From: Dehalococcoidia bacterium
GTDB taxonomy: Bacteria > Chloroflexota > Dehalococcoidia > Lucifugimonadales > Australimonadaceae
Length of the DNA: 64,000 nucleotides
NCBI GenBank assembly: GCA_034422595.1
Contig: DAOUJO010000007.1
Location: 212,040-276,039 of the forward strand
Direction of reading: 5' to 3'
Below, in pieces: positions 1 through 8,259 of this stretch; position 1 is the stretch's first letter; every line of letters begins with the position of its first letter. The translations under genes were made by a program, and so were the position numbers. The notes beneath the pieces were generated by a model that was not told the origin of the DNA, made no database searches, and worked only from the letters and a program-made list of their open reading frames with translations.

Positions 1-777
1 GTACGCATCGTCCACAGCGACACGTACCGCGTGCCGGTGGACAGCTCGACGACGGCGAGCCGCTCCACGTACCACATGGGCCGCGCGGTGGTCGAGGCGA
101 CCGACAATCTGAAGCCGCAGATGCTCGAAGCGGCCTCGCAACTGCTGGAGCGCGAGGCGGCCAGCCTCGCGTTCACGCCGGAGGGCATCGCACTGCCTGA
201 CGATGGCGCGGGCGTCACGTACCAGGAACTCGTGGAGCGCGTCGGTTCACCGCTCGCGGCGACGGGCGACTGCGTCGTCGGTGGCATGTACGCGGGGCCG
301 GACGGCAAGTCGTACCCCATCGCGTCGACGTTCTGGACGTTCGCGTCGTGCGCCGCCGAGGTGGAGGTCGACACGGAGACCGGCACGGTGCGCGTCGTGA
401 AGGCCGCGGCATCGGCGACGACGGGCACCGCGGTCAACCCGCACTCCATCGAGACGCAGTTGGAAGGGGGCATCGGGCAGGAGATCGGCCCCACACTGTT
501 CGAGCAACTCGTCTGGGACGACGGCGGCCAGCTCATCAACGCGGCGCTGCTTGACTACCCGCTCCCCACGATGGAGACGATGCCCGAGTACGCGCCGCGC
601 TTCGTCGACCACCCGTTCGAGGGCGGGCCGTTCGGGGCGAAGGGCATGGGCGAGATCGGCTCGGTCGTCGTGCCGGGGGCCGTCGTCAACGCCGTCTACG
701 ACGCGACGGGCGTGCTCTTCCATGAGATCCCGCTGACGCCGCACAAGGTCATCGCGGGGTTGGAGGGGCAGGCATGA
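1..777 (+). CDS. Xanthine dehydrogenase/aldehyde oxidase/CO-dehydrogenase-family molybdopterin subunit, C-terminal part (5' end lies outside the window)
   Basis: Frame 1 is open from nt 1, with no stop before the ORF-track start at 31. The C-terminal FGAKGMGEIGSVVVPGAVVNAV pattern is typical of CoxL/XdhB-like large subunits. Its stop overlaps the start of the 2Fe-2S subunit (ATGA at 774). Confidence 0.85.
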   Translation, partial: VRIVHSDTYRVPVDSSTTASRSTYHMGRAVVEATDNLKPQMLEAASQLLEREAASLAFTPEGIALPDDGAGVTYQELVERVGSPLAATGDCVVGGMYAGPDGKSYPIASTFWTFASCAAEVEVDTETGTVRVVKAAASATTGTAVNPHSIETQLEGGIGQEIGPTLFEQLVWDDGGQLINAALLDYPLPTMETMPEYAPRFVDHPFEGGPFGAKGMGEIGSVVVPGAVVNAVYDATGVLFHEIPLTPHKVIAGLEGQA

Positions 778-1244
778 ACGTCACCTTCACCGTGAACGGC
801 GAGACGCTCTCGCTCGACGTGCCACCCTCTACCACGCTCCTCGACCTGCTGCGCGACCGGCTGGGCCTGCACGGGACGAAGGAGTACTGCCACAGCGGCG
901 TCTGTGGCGCGTGCACCGTGCTCGCCGACGGCAAGGCGGTCAGCTCGTGCAGCATGCTCGCCGGACAGGTGCAGGACGCTGACGTGCTCACCATCGAGGG
1001 GCTGACGCCGGAGGAGGGGCTGCACCCGATCCAGCAGGCGTTCGTGGACAACTTCGGGCTCCAGTGCGGCTACTGCACCCCCGGCATGATCCTGCTCGCG
1101 AAGGCGCTGCTCGACGAGAACCCGGCCCCGACGCGCGAGGAGATCATCCGCTACATGGGCGGCAACATCTGCCGCTGCACCGGGTATGCGGGCATCCTGC
1201 GGTCGGTGGAAGCAGCAGCGAAGGAGCGCGGCTCGTGGAGCTGA
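774..1244 (+). CDS. [2Fe-2S]-binding small subunit of a molybdenum hydroxylase (CoxS/CutS-like)
   Basis: 156 aa. Cys clusters CHSGVCGAC, CGYCTPG and NICRCTGY are characteristic of the small FeS subunit. It is translationally coupled to the upstream Mo subunit. Confidence 0.9.
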   Translation: MNVTFTVNGETLSLDVPPSTTLLDLLRDRLGLHGTKEYCHSGVCGACTVLADGKAVSSCSMLAGQVQDADVLTIEGLTPEEGLHPIQQAFVDNFGLQCGYCTPGMILLAKALLDENPAPTREEIIRYMGGNICRCTGYAGILRSVEAAAKERGSWS

Positions 1245-1681
1245 CCGACCGCTTCGCCGTGGACGCGTCGCCCGCCGAGGCGTGGGCGTTCTTCTGGGAC
1301 CTGCCCCGCGTCGCGAAGTGCCTGCCCGGCTGCGAGAGCATCGAGGATGCAGGCAGCGGCGCGTACCGTGCGCGCATGACGCAGCGCGTAGGGCCGTTCA
1401 AGGTGACGCTGGAGATGGAGATGCGCATCGACGAGGCGGAGGAAGGGCGGCGCGTGGTCGTGAGCGGCAACGGCAGGGACCGCATGGGCAACCGGCTCCA
1501 CGTCAACCGGCTCGCGCTCGAACTGAGCGAACCGTCGCCGGGGCAGACCGAGGTGAACTACGCGATGGACTTCAATCTCTACGGGCGTCTGGCGACACTC
1601 GGCAACACGGCGGTGAAGCGCAAGTCCGAGGAGATACGCGCCGAGTTCAGCCGCCGCATCGCGGAGGAGCTGGGGGGTTGA
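1235..1681 (+). CDS. CoxG/SRPBCC-family protein (carbon monoxide dehydrogenase subunit G-like)
   Basis: Internal GTG at 1235 is preferred; the ORF-track start 1064 would overlap coxS by 180 nt. The FAVDASPAEAWAFFWDLPRVAKCLPGCE start and about 148 aa length match CoxG-like proteins. It sits after the S subunit. Confidence 0.65.
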   Translation: MELTDRFAVDASPAEAWAFFWDLPRVAKCLPGCESIEDAGSGAYRARMTQRVGPFKVTLEMEMRIDEAEEGRRVVVSGNGRDRMGNRLHVNRLALELSEPSPGQTEVNYAMDFNLYGRLATLGNTAVKRKSEEIRAEFSRRIAEELGG

Positions 1682-1691
1682 GGGGGATGGC

Positions 1692-2813
1692 ATGAGCCAG
1701 GCTGAACTGGACCGCCGCATCCACCAGGTGCTCTCCGAGTTCGAACTGGTGGGCCCGTTCTTCGCCGGCTATCCGGTCAACCAGGACTTCGACTACTCCG
1801 CGCTCTATCCCCTGCTGCGCTTCGCCGCGAACAACGTTGGCGACCCCTTCGGCTATTCACGTTACCAGGCGAACACACACGAGACGGAGCGCGAAGTGGT
1901 GCGAACGGTCGCTGAGCTGATGCGGCTGCCGCCGGAGGAGGCCTGGGGGTACGTCACAGCGGGCGGCACCGAGGGCAACATGTACGGCATCTACGTGGGG
2001 CGCGAGATGCTGCGCAACCCGGTCGCCTATTTCTCGCAGGACACGCACTACTCGGTGCTCAAGATCCTGCACATCCTGAACATACGCAACATCATGATCC
2101 GCAGCCAGGAGAACGGCGAGATCGACTACGACGACCTGCGCGAGTCCATCCGCATCAACCGCGACGCACCGGCGCTGATCGTGGCGAACATCGGCACCAC
2201 GATGAAAGGCGCCGTGGACGACCTCGAACGCATCCGGGGGATCGTCGAGGAGTTGGCGCTGACGCGCTACTACATCCACGCCGACGCGGCGCTGAGCGGG
2301 ATGATCCTGCCGTTCGTGGACGACCCGCAGCCGTTCGGCTTCGACAGCGGGATACACAGCATCGCGGTATCCGGCCACAAGATGATCGGGTCGCCGCTGC
2401 CCTGCGGCGTCGTCATAACGAGGCGGGAGTACACCGCGCAGATCGGCCGCGCCATCGAGTACGTGGGCGCCCTGGACACCACGCTGCTCGGCTCGCGCAA
2501 CGCGATCACTCCGATGATCATCTGGTACTCGCTGACCAAGCACGGGCGGGACGGGTTCCGGCAGATCATTGCGGAGATGCTCGACACCGCCGAATACGCC
2601 GTGCAACGGTTCAACGCGAACGGCATCCCCGCCTGGCGTACGAGGAACAGCCCCATCGTCGTCATCCCCCGCCCCTCCCCACAGGTGTTGTTCCAGTGGC
2701 AGCTCGCGCCCCTGGGCGACATCGCTCACCTCATCACCATGCCCCACGTCACCCGCGAGATGATCGACGAGGTCATCGCCGATTGCCTGACACAGCCGCC
2801 AGCCAACACATGA
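1692..2813 (+). CDS. hdc: PLP-dependent group II decarboxylase, histidine decarboxylase-like
   Basis: 373 aa. The lysine motif SGHKMIGSPLPCGVVI closely resembles the PLP-binding site of Gram-negative histidine decarboxylases. A GAGGGGG RBS lies upstream. Confidence 0.7.
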   Translation: MSQAELDRRIHQVLSEFELVGPFFAGYPVNQDFDYSALYPLLRFAANNVGDPFGYSRYQANTHETEREVVRTVAELMRLPPEEAWGYVTAGGTEGNMYGIYVGREMLRNPVAYFSQDTHYSVLKILHILNIRNIMIRSQENGEIDYDDLRESIRINRDAPALIVANIGTTMKGAVDDLERIRGIVEELALTRYYIHADAALSGMILPFVDDPQPFGFDSGIHSIAVSGHKMIGSPLPCGVVITRREYTAQIGRAIEYVGALDTTLLGSRNAITPMIIWYSLTKHGRDGFRQIIAEMLDTAEYAVQRFNANGIPAWRTRNSPIVVIPRPSPQVLFQWQLAPLGDIAHLITMPHVTREMIDEVIADCLTQPPANT

Positions 2814-3235
2814 ACCAGCAGCCCACAGACCAACCGGCGCGCGAACGCCGCATCATCGTCATCGTGCCCGACCAGCCGGGGCAACTGGCGCGCGTCGCCG
2901 CGGCGCTCGCCGAAGAGGAGATCAACATCGAAGCGATCGACGGGCGGCTCGCGGGCGAACTGGGAATCATCACGCTGAACACCAGCGACGACGATGCGGC
3001 GCTGCTCGCACTGCTCAAGGCGAACCTGCGCGCGGTGACGTCGGACGCCGTCGTCTTCCGCCTGCCCGACCGGCCCGGCGCGCTCGCCGGCGTCGCGCAA
3101 CTCTTCGGGCAACATGACCTGAACGTGCGCACCATCCACATCATGCACCGCCTGGCGGGACAGGCCATCGTCGCGGTCACGACCGACGACGACGACCTCG
3201 CGCGCACGCTGCTCGACAGCGAGTCGCTGCTGTAG
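2810..3235 (+). CDS. Tandem ACT-domain protein
   Basis: ATG 2810 overlaps the hdc stop (ATGA). Two ACT-like repeats are present: IIVIVPDQPGQLARVAAALAEEEINIEAI and VVFRLPDRPGALAGVAQLFGQHDLNVRTI. Confidence 0.7.
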   Translation: MNQQPTDQPARERRIIVIVPDQPGQLARVAAALAEEEINIEAIDGRLAGELGIITLNTSDDDAALLALLKANLRAVTSDAVVFRLPDRPGALAGVAQLFGQHDLNVRTIHIMHRLAGQAIVAVTTDDDDLARTLLDSESLL

Positions 3236-3263
3236 CCTACATCTGAGACAGGCCAGCGCGCGG

Positions 3264-4289
3264 CTAGGGCTCGCCGTACATGTTGCGGGCGTTCTCGCGG
3301 AGGATCAGCATCTGGTGCTCCTCCTTGATGTCCTCCCGCTCGAGGATCTCGTCGATCTCCTCCATGCAGTTCTCGATGGTAATCTCGTGCGGGAAGTCGG
3401 ACGCGAACATGAACGGGTCGGGCCCCACGCGCTCGATGGCGTAGGAGAGGGCCTTCTCGTTGCCCTCGCAGCCGATGAAGACCTGCCCACGGCGGAAGTA
3501 GTCCTCCGGGTGGTGCGGCAGCTCCAGTCCGCCGTATCCCATCTCGCGTTCGAGGCGGTCGATGAGGAGCGGGATCCACGCCGTGCCGCCCTCCATGAAG
3601 CCGAAGTGCAGGTTCGGGAAGCGGTCGAGCACGCCGTCAACGATCATGCCCGTCATGCCGCTGAGCAGCGGGATGGGCATGCCGAGCGCACGCGACGCCG
3701 GGAAGTTGGACATGCTGTCGAAGCCGAGGCGCTCGTAGTTGCCGCCGTGCACCGCGAGGACGCACCCGAGCTCCTCGGCGGCCTCGTAGAGCGGCCAGTA
3801 CTCCCGGGAGGCGATGTGCTTGATGAGGCCGTTGGACGGGATCATGCCGCCGACCATGCCGAGGTCGCGAACGCACCTGCGGAGCTCGGCAACGGCTTCG
3901 TCGACGACCTGCATCGGGAGCAGGGCGATGCCCCGCAGCCTCGGGCTCTCCTTCACGAACTTATCGTGGAGCCAGTTGTTGTACGCCCTGGCGTACGCGA
4001 TGGCCCACTCCTCGAAGACGATGCGCCCGTAGAAGAGGCCGCGCGTGGGGTAGAGGACGGCCCAGTCCGTGCCGGTGAGGTCCATGAACGACGTCCACTT
4101 CGCCGCGTCGGCGGGCTCGAACGCTCCCGGCGCCGGGTTGGCGCTCTGCACGCTCGGCGAGTGGAACTTGTCGCCGTCCGGCAGGATGTTGAGCGGCGTG
4201 CGCATCCTGTCGAAGGGCGCTTCGAGATACTGGAAGATCTCGACGGCGTTCTCGATCACGTGACCATCTGCGTCGACGTAGCCGGACAT
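3264..4289 (-). CDS. Amidohydrolase-2 (ACMSD/LigW-type metal-dependent hydrolase/decarboxylase) family protein
   Basis: 341 aa. N-terminal DADGHV metal motif and C-terminal FASDFPH motif. GGGAGG RBS upstream. Confidence 0.8.
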   Translation of the reverse strand: MSGYVDADGHVIENAVEIFQYLEAPFDRMRTPLNILPDGDKFHSPSVQSANPAPGAFEPADAAKWTSFMDLTGTDWAVLYPTRGLFYGRIVFEEWAIAYARAYNNWLHDKFVKESPRLRGIALLPMQVVDEAVAELRRCVRDLGMVGGMIPSNGLIKHIASREYWPLYEAAEELGCVLAVHGGNYERLGFDSMSNFPASRALGMPIPLLSGMTGMIVDGVLDRFPNLHFGFMEGGTAWIPLLIDRLEREMGYGGLELPHHPEDYFRRGQVFIGCEGNEKALSYAIERVGPDPFMFASDFPHEITIENCMEEIDEILEREDIKEEHQMLILRENARNMYGEP

Positions 4290-4354
4290 GGCGCACCTCC
4301 CCTGCTGTGCTGGCGCTGTACGACGGAATCCGTTCCGTCCTCAGTACATGACGG

Positions 4355-4360
4355 AGTATA
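4355..4360 (-). promoter_or_regulatory. Candidate -10 box (TATACT on the minus strand, context TATACTCC) upstream of the amidohydrolase at 4289
   Basis: The + strand reads GGAGTATA, 66 nt upstream of the start codon. Confidence 0.3.
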
Positions 4361-4394
4361 TGCGAACCTCAGGGCAGCTGCGCCACGAATGTGC

Positions 4395-4422
4395 GTGGTT
4401 CGACAGGCTCGCCATGAACGGG
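4395..4422. repeat. TCGACAGGCTC-type REP-like intergenic repeat, copy 1
   Basis: GTGGTTCGACAGGCTCGCCATGAACGG. Related copies are at 5943 and 10900. Confidence 0.6.
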
Positions 4423-4444
4423 TCCGAAGGCCGGGACCGATGCC

Positions 4445-5884
4445 CTACGGCAGGCCGAACTCGTCCCAGCGGGCTGCGACGCCCTCCATGATGTGACGGC
4501 TCACCTTGTTCACGGGCGGAAAGTCGTTGTCCTTGAACTTCATGGTTGCGTCGATGCCGACGCCGCGCCTCGGCGGGGTGAAGTCGACCTCGCCGCGCAG
4601 GCGCGGGGTTGGCTCGAACTCCCGGCCGAGAACGACGTGGTCGTCCGGCTCGGCGGCTGAGACGACGCGCCACATGACCTCTTCCCAGTCGCGAACGTTG
4701 CAGTCGTCGTCCACGACGATGATCCAGCGCCACCGCTCGACGTCCCATATCGCTTCCATGATCTCGCGCGGCTCCTCCTGGCGCTCAATATCGGCGGAGA
4801 CGATGAGCATGCCGTGGCGTCCGACCTCCGGGAAGTAGACCTCGCGGATGTTCGTCTTGCCCGTCCGGTCGATGAGGCGCGACTGCATCGAGCCTGAGCG
4901 CAGCAGCTGGCGGGGGTAGTCCTCGACGCGCTGGCAGATGAGGCCGTACGTCAGCGGGTCCTTCCGGTGGGTGATGGCCTTGACCTTGATGACGAACGCG
5001 GCCAGGTTCTGGCCGTAGAAGCCGGTGGATTCGCCGTGCGGCCCCTCCTCGGTGCGCTCGTTGGGCACGACCTCGCCCTCGATGACCACCTCCGAGTCCG
5101 CCGGCACGAGCAGGTCGCTGGTCTCGCACTTCACGAGTTTCGTTGCCTCGCCGCGCCAGCCGCCCGCGGCTTCGTACTCCATGGAGCCTTCCAGTTCGCC
5201 GCTGTTGGGCCGGACGGGGCTGCCCGCCGCGAGCGTGACGAGCGGGTCGGTGCCCATCACGATGGCGATGGGCGTGGGGCGTCCCTCCGCCTCGTTGCTC
5301 AGGATGTGGTCGCCGCCGCCGGGGCCGGTCGACGACTCCCTGCCGCGAACGCCGCCGGAGAGGCTGAGCGTCTGCTTGTCCTTGATCATGGCACGGTAGA
5401 GGCCGATGTTCAGGATGCCGGTGACCGGGTCGCGGGTCACGACGCCCGCGGTCGTGGCGAGGTACTGCCCGCCGTCGTGCTCGTGCCAGACGGGCGTGGG
5501 GATGAAGTCGAGGTCGACGTCGTCGCCGGTGACGATGACGTCCTTGCACGGCCCGGAGTCGACCTCGACGGACGGCAGGCGGTGGTCCATCCCGCCGACG
5601 ACACGCTCGTGGATCTTCGCCTCGTCCGGCTCGGTGCCGAATGCGAGCGCGACCTGCTCGATGGTGGAGAGCAGGTTCACGACCATCGGCTTGTCCGGGT
5701 AGCCCTTGACGTTGTCGAAGATGATGGCCGGGCCCTGCCGCTCCAGCGAGCGAGCGGCGACAGCACCGAGCTCGAGGTAGGGGTCGACCTCCGCCGTGAC
5801 GTGGCGCACGAGCCCCTTCTCGTCCAGCAGGCGTATGAAGTCCCGCATGTCGGTGTAGGCGACTCGTTGGCGTTCGAGGGTCAT
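4445..5884 (-). CDS. UbiD-family (prFMN-dependent) decarboxylase
   Basis: Start moved to the second ATG (5884), which has GGGAGG 7 nt upstream. The N-terminus MRDFIRLLDEKGLVRHVTAEVDP and the about 480 aa length are typical of UbiD. Confidence 0.85.
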   Translation of the reverse strand: MTLERQRVAYTDMRDFIRLLDEKGLVRHVTAEVDPYLELGAVAARSLERQGPAIIFDNVKGYPDKPMVVNLLSTIEQVALAFGTEPDEAKIHERVVGGMDHRLPSVEVDSGPCKDVIVTGDDVDLDFIPTPVWHEHDGGQYLATTAGVVTRDPVTGILNIGLYRAMIKDKQTLSLSGGVRGRESSTGPGGGDHILSNEAEGRPTPIAIVMGTDPLVTLAAGSPVRPNSGELEGSMEYEAAGGWRGEATKLVKCETSDLLVPADSEVVIEGEVVPNERTEEGPHGESTGFYGQNLAAFVIKVKAITHRKDPLTYGLICQRVEDYPRQLLRSGSMQSRLIDRTGKTNIREVYFPEVGRHGMLIVSADIERQEEPREIMEAIWDVERWRWIIVVDDDCNVRDWEEVMWRVVSAAEPDDHVVLGREFEPTPRLRGEVDFTPPRRGVGIDATMKFKDNDFPPVNKVSRHIMEGVAARWDEFGLP

Positions 5885-5920
5885 CGTGCACCTCCCCTGA
5901 TGCATCGTGGTTCAGGCGGG

Positions 5921-5926
5921 AGTATA
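5921..5926 (-). promoter_or_regulatory. Candidate -10 box (TATACT on the minus strand) upstream of UbiD at 5884
   Basis: The + strand reads GGGAGTATACGCC, about 37 nt upstream of the start. GGGAGG RBS follows. Confidence 0.4.
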
Positions 5927-5942
5927 CGCCTGCGTGTCCCGC

Positions 5943-5967
5943 GTGGTTCGACAGGTTCATGAAACGG
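5943..5967. repeat. TCGACAGGCTC-type REP-like intergenic repeat, copy 2
   Basis: GTGGTTCGACAGGTTCATGAAACGG. Confidence 0.6.
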
Positions 5968-5993
5968 CTGGCACATGGGCGGGGTATACTGCG

Positions 5994-5999
5994 CGCGCC
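5994..5999 (+). promoter_or_regulatory. Candidate -10 box TATACT upstream of tctA
   Basis: GGGGTATACTGCG, 59 nt before ATG 6058. Confidence 0.35.
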
Positions 6000-6057
6000 G
6001 GAGACAGGACACCCGCCAGCAAGCAAGCCACCAGGACGAGCTAAGGGGACACTGCCG

Positions 6058-7587
6058 ATGCTCGAGGCCACCACAAGCGCGCTACAGCAGCTGTTCAGCC
6101 TTGGACCGCTGCTGGCGTTCTTCCTCGTCATCCCCTACGCGCTGCTCGGCGGGCTGATGCCGGGCACGAACCTCCCGCTCACCGTCATCCTGCTCGGCTT
6201 CGCTCACCGCATCGACCCGCTGGTGGCGCTGGTGCTGGTCACCGCGAAGGACGCCGCCGGCGACATCACGGAGCCGGTGCCATCGATCCTGATGGGCATT
6301 CCGGGAGCGCGCGCGGCGCAGGCCACGATCCTCGACGGCTACCCGCTCGCGCAGCAGGGCAAGGCTGCGTACGCCCTCGGGGCGAGCTACACGACGACGC
6401 TGGTCGGCGGGCTGGTCGGAGCGGCAGTGCTCTACGCGTTCCTGCCCGTCGGGCGCGAAGTGCTCAAGCTGCTCGGCTCGGCGGAGTTCTTCCTGCTGTC
6501 ACTCGCGGGAATCGCGGCGGTTGCGGTGGTGAGCAGCGGAGCGCTGGTGAAGGGACTGCTGACTGCGGCGTTCGGCATCACCATCGCGTGCATGGGCAAC
6601 TCGTTCACGGGCGAGAACGTCCGCACCGACTTCGGCATCGACTACCTGTGGGACGGCGTGCCGCTCATCCCGTCGGTTGTCGGGCTGTTCGCCGTGCCGG
6701 AGGTCGTGGGCCTCGTGGTGAGCAACAAGGCGATCGCCCGCGAACACGCCGAGGACGTGCTGCACGGCAAAGCGTCGCAGCAGCAGGCGCTGGAAGGCAT
6801 GCGCGAGGCGTTCCGCCACAAGCTGCTCATGGCACGCTCCTCGATCATCGGCGTGATCGTCGGCGTCATACCGGGCGTCGGCGCCAGCGCGGCGCACTGG
6901 ATCTCCTACGCGCAGGCTCGCCAGACGGAGAAGGGCGCGACCCAGACGTTCGGAACGGGCGACATCCGGGGAGTCATCGCGGCGGACGCGCCCAACAACT
7001 CCATCGACGGTGCCGAGCTCATCCCGACGCTTGCGTTCGGCATCCCGGGCTCCGGCGGCAAGGCCATCTTCCTGGCCCTGCTCATCCTGCTGGGGTTCGT
7101 ACCTGGCCCGTCGATGCTGAACGAGCATCTGGACATCACCATCGCGCTGGTGTTCACGATCGCGCTTGCCAATGTTGTGGTCGTGCCGATCATGTTCCTG
7201 TTCGCCGGGACCATCGCCAAGTTCACGGCGCTGCGGCCCACGCTCATCGCTCCGTTCGTGGCGGGCGTGGTGCTGCTGTCGGCGTTCCAGTCGTCCGCCA
7301 GCATGGCCGACCTCGGCATCGTGGCGGCGTTCACCGCGCTTGGCCTGTTCATGAAGGCGTACGGCTGGCCGAGGACCCCCATCCTGATCGCGCTCGTGCT
7401 GATCCCGACGGTGGAGAAGAATCTCTGGACGGCTTCGCAGGCCTACGGCTGGGAGATGCTCCAGCGGCCGCAGTTCCTGCTCATTCTGATCATCGGGGTC
7501 GGGCTCGTTGTCTGGACGGCCAGGACCCAGCGCAGCGCAGAGGTCGCGGCGCAGTCGCAGGGTTTCAAGGAAGCGACGACGGACTAG
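6058..7587 (+). CDS. tctA: Tripartite tricarboxylate transporter large permease (TctA family)
   Basis: About 509 aa polytopic membrane protein. Internal ATG 6058 has an AAGGGG RBS. It is followed by small membrane and Bug/TctC-like genes. Confidence 0.8.
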   Translation: MLEATTSALQQLFSLGPLLAFFLVIPYALLGGLMPGTNLPLTVILLGFAHRIDPLVALVLVTAKDAAGDITEPVPSILMGIPGARAAQATILDGYPLAQQGKAAYALGASYTTTLVGGLVGAAVLYAFLPVGREVLKLLGSAEFFLLSLAGIAAVAVVSSGALVKGLLTAAFGITIACMGNSFTGENVRTDFGIDYLWDGVPLIPSVVGLFAVPEVVGLVVSNKAIAREHAEDVLHGKASQQQALEGMREAFRHKLLMARSSIIGVIVGVIPGVGASAAHWISYAQARQTEKGATQTFGTGDIRGVIAADAPNNSIDGAELIPTLAFGIPGSGGKAIFLALLILLGFVPGPSMLNEHLDITIALVFTIALANVVVVPIMFLFAGTIAKFTALRPTLIAPFVAGVVLLSAFQSSASMADLGIVAAFTALGLFMKAYGWPRTPILIALVLIPTVEKNLWTASQAYGWEMLQRPQFLLILIIGVGLVVWTARTQRSAEVAAQSQGFKEATTD

Positions 7588-7598
7588 ATGGTCGAACG

Positions 7599-8210
7599 AT
7601 GAGCATGGAAGAGAACAAGCAACCAGGCACCCAACCGGAGACATCCGGCCAATCCGGGCAGCCCTCCCCCGGCTTCCTGCGGAGGCTGACGCGGCCCGAG
7701 GTTGCGGGCGAGATGGTGCTCCTGGCGATAGTGGGCGTGATGTTCGGCACGATGCTGTGGGAGTCGCGCGAGTGGACGACCGCATCGGCGCTCATGCCGC
7801 GCATCGCGATCGGGGTCGGCGCGCCGCTGTGGTTCATACGGGTGTTCGGCCTCGTGCGGTACGCCCTCGGGACGCAGCCCGAACGGTACCGGGGCGTGCG
7901 GCGGGAGGAGGAGTCCAGCGGCCAGATCATGGACCTCGGGTTCTACATGGGGGACGACCAACGGGCCGCACTCGTCCGGTTCCTCAACATCACGGGAGCG
8001 CTGGTGTTCCTCCTCCTCGGCATATGGCTCTTCGGCTGGCACATAACACTGCCGCTGTGGACATTCGCCTACCTGCTGATATTCGCCAGGTTGAAGATAT
8101 GGCAGGCTGCACTTGGCGGAATCTTCTTCCTCGCGGTTATCATCGGCATCTACGGCGCCTTGTTCGACACGATATGGAACGACCCGGTCGTATTCAGGAT
8201 GTTGAGATGA
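7599..8210 (+). CDS. tctB: Small membrane subunit, TctB-like
   Basis: 203 aa with about 4 hydrophobic helices, lying between tctA and tctC. The upstream part of ORF 6588..8210 is a shadow frame over tctA. The start is uncertain (7599 or 7605). Confidence 0.55.
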   Translation: MSMEENKQPGTQPETSGQSGQPSPGFLRRLTRPEVAGEMVLLAIVGVMFGTMLWESREWTTASALMPRIAIGVGAPLWFIRVFGLVRYALGTQPERYRGVRREEESSGQIMDLGFYMGDDQRAALVRFLNITGALVFLLLGIWLFGWHITLPLWTFAYLLIFARLKIWQAALGGIFFLAVIIGIYGALFDTIWNDPVVFRMLR

Positions 8211-8259
8211 GAACTCCCGCAGGGGGCCAGCGCAACGCTGAGCACGAAAGGAGACCGAC

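Noticed and set aside
6588-8210. 540-aa ORF spanning tctA and tctB
   Set aside because: The part upstream of 7599 is an alternative frame over tctA with Arg/Gly-rich nonsense composition. Only the last 203 codons encode a plausible membrane protein.
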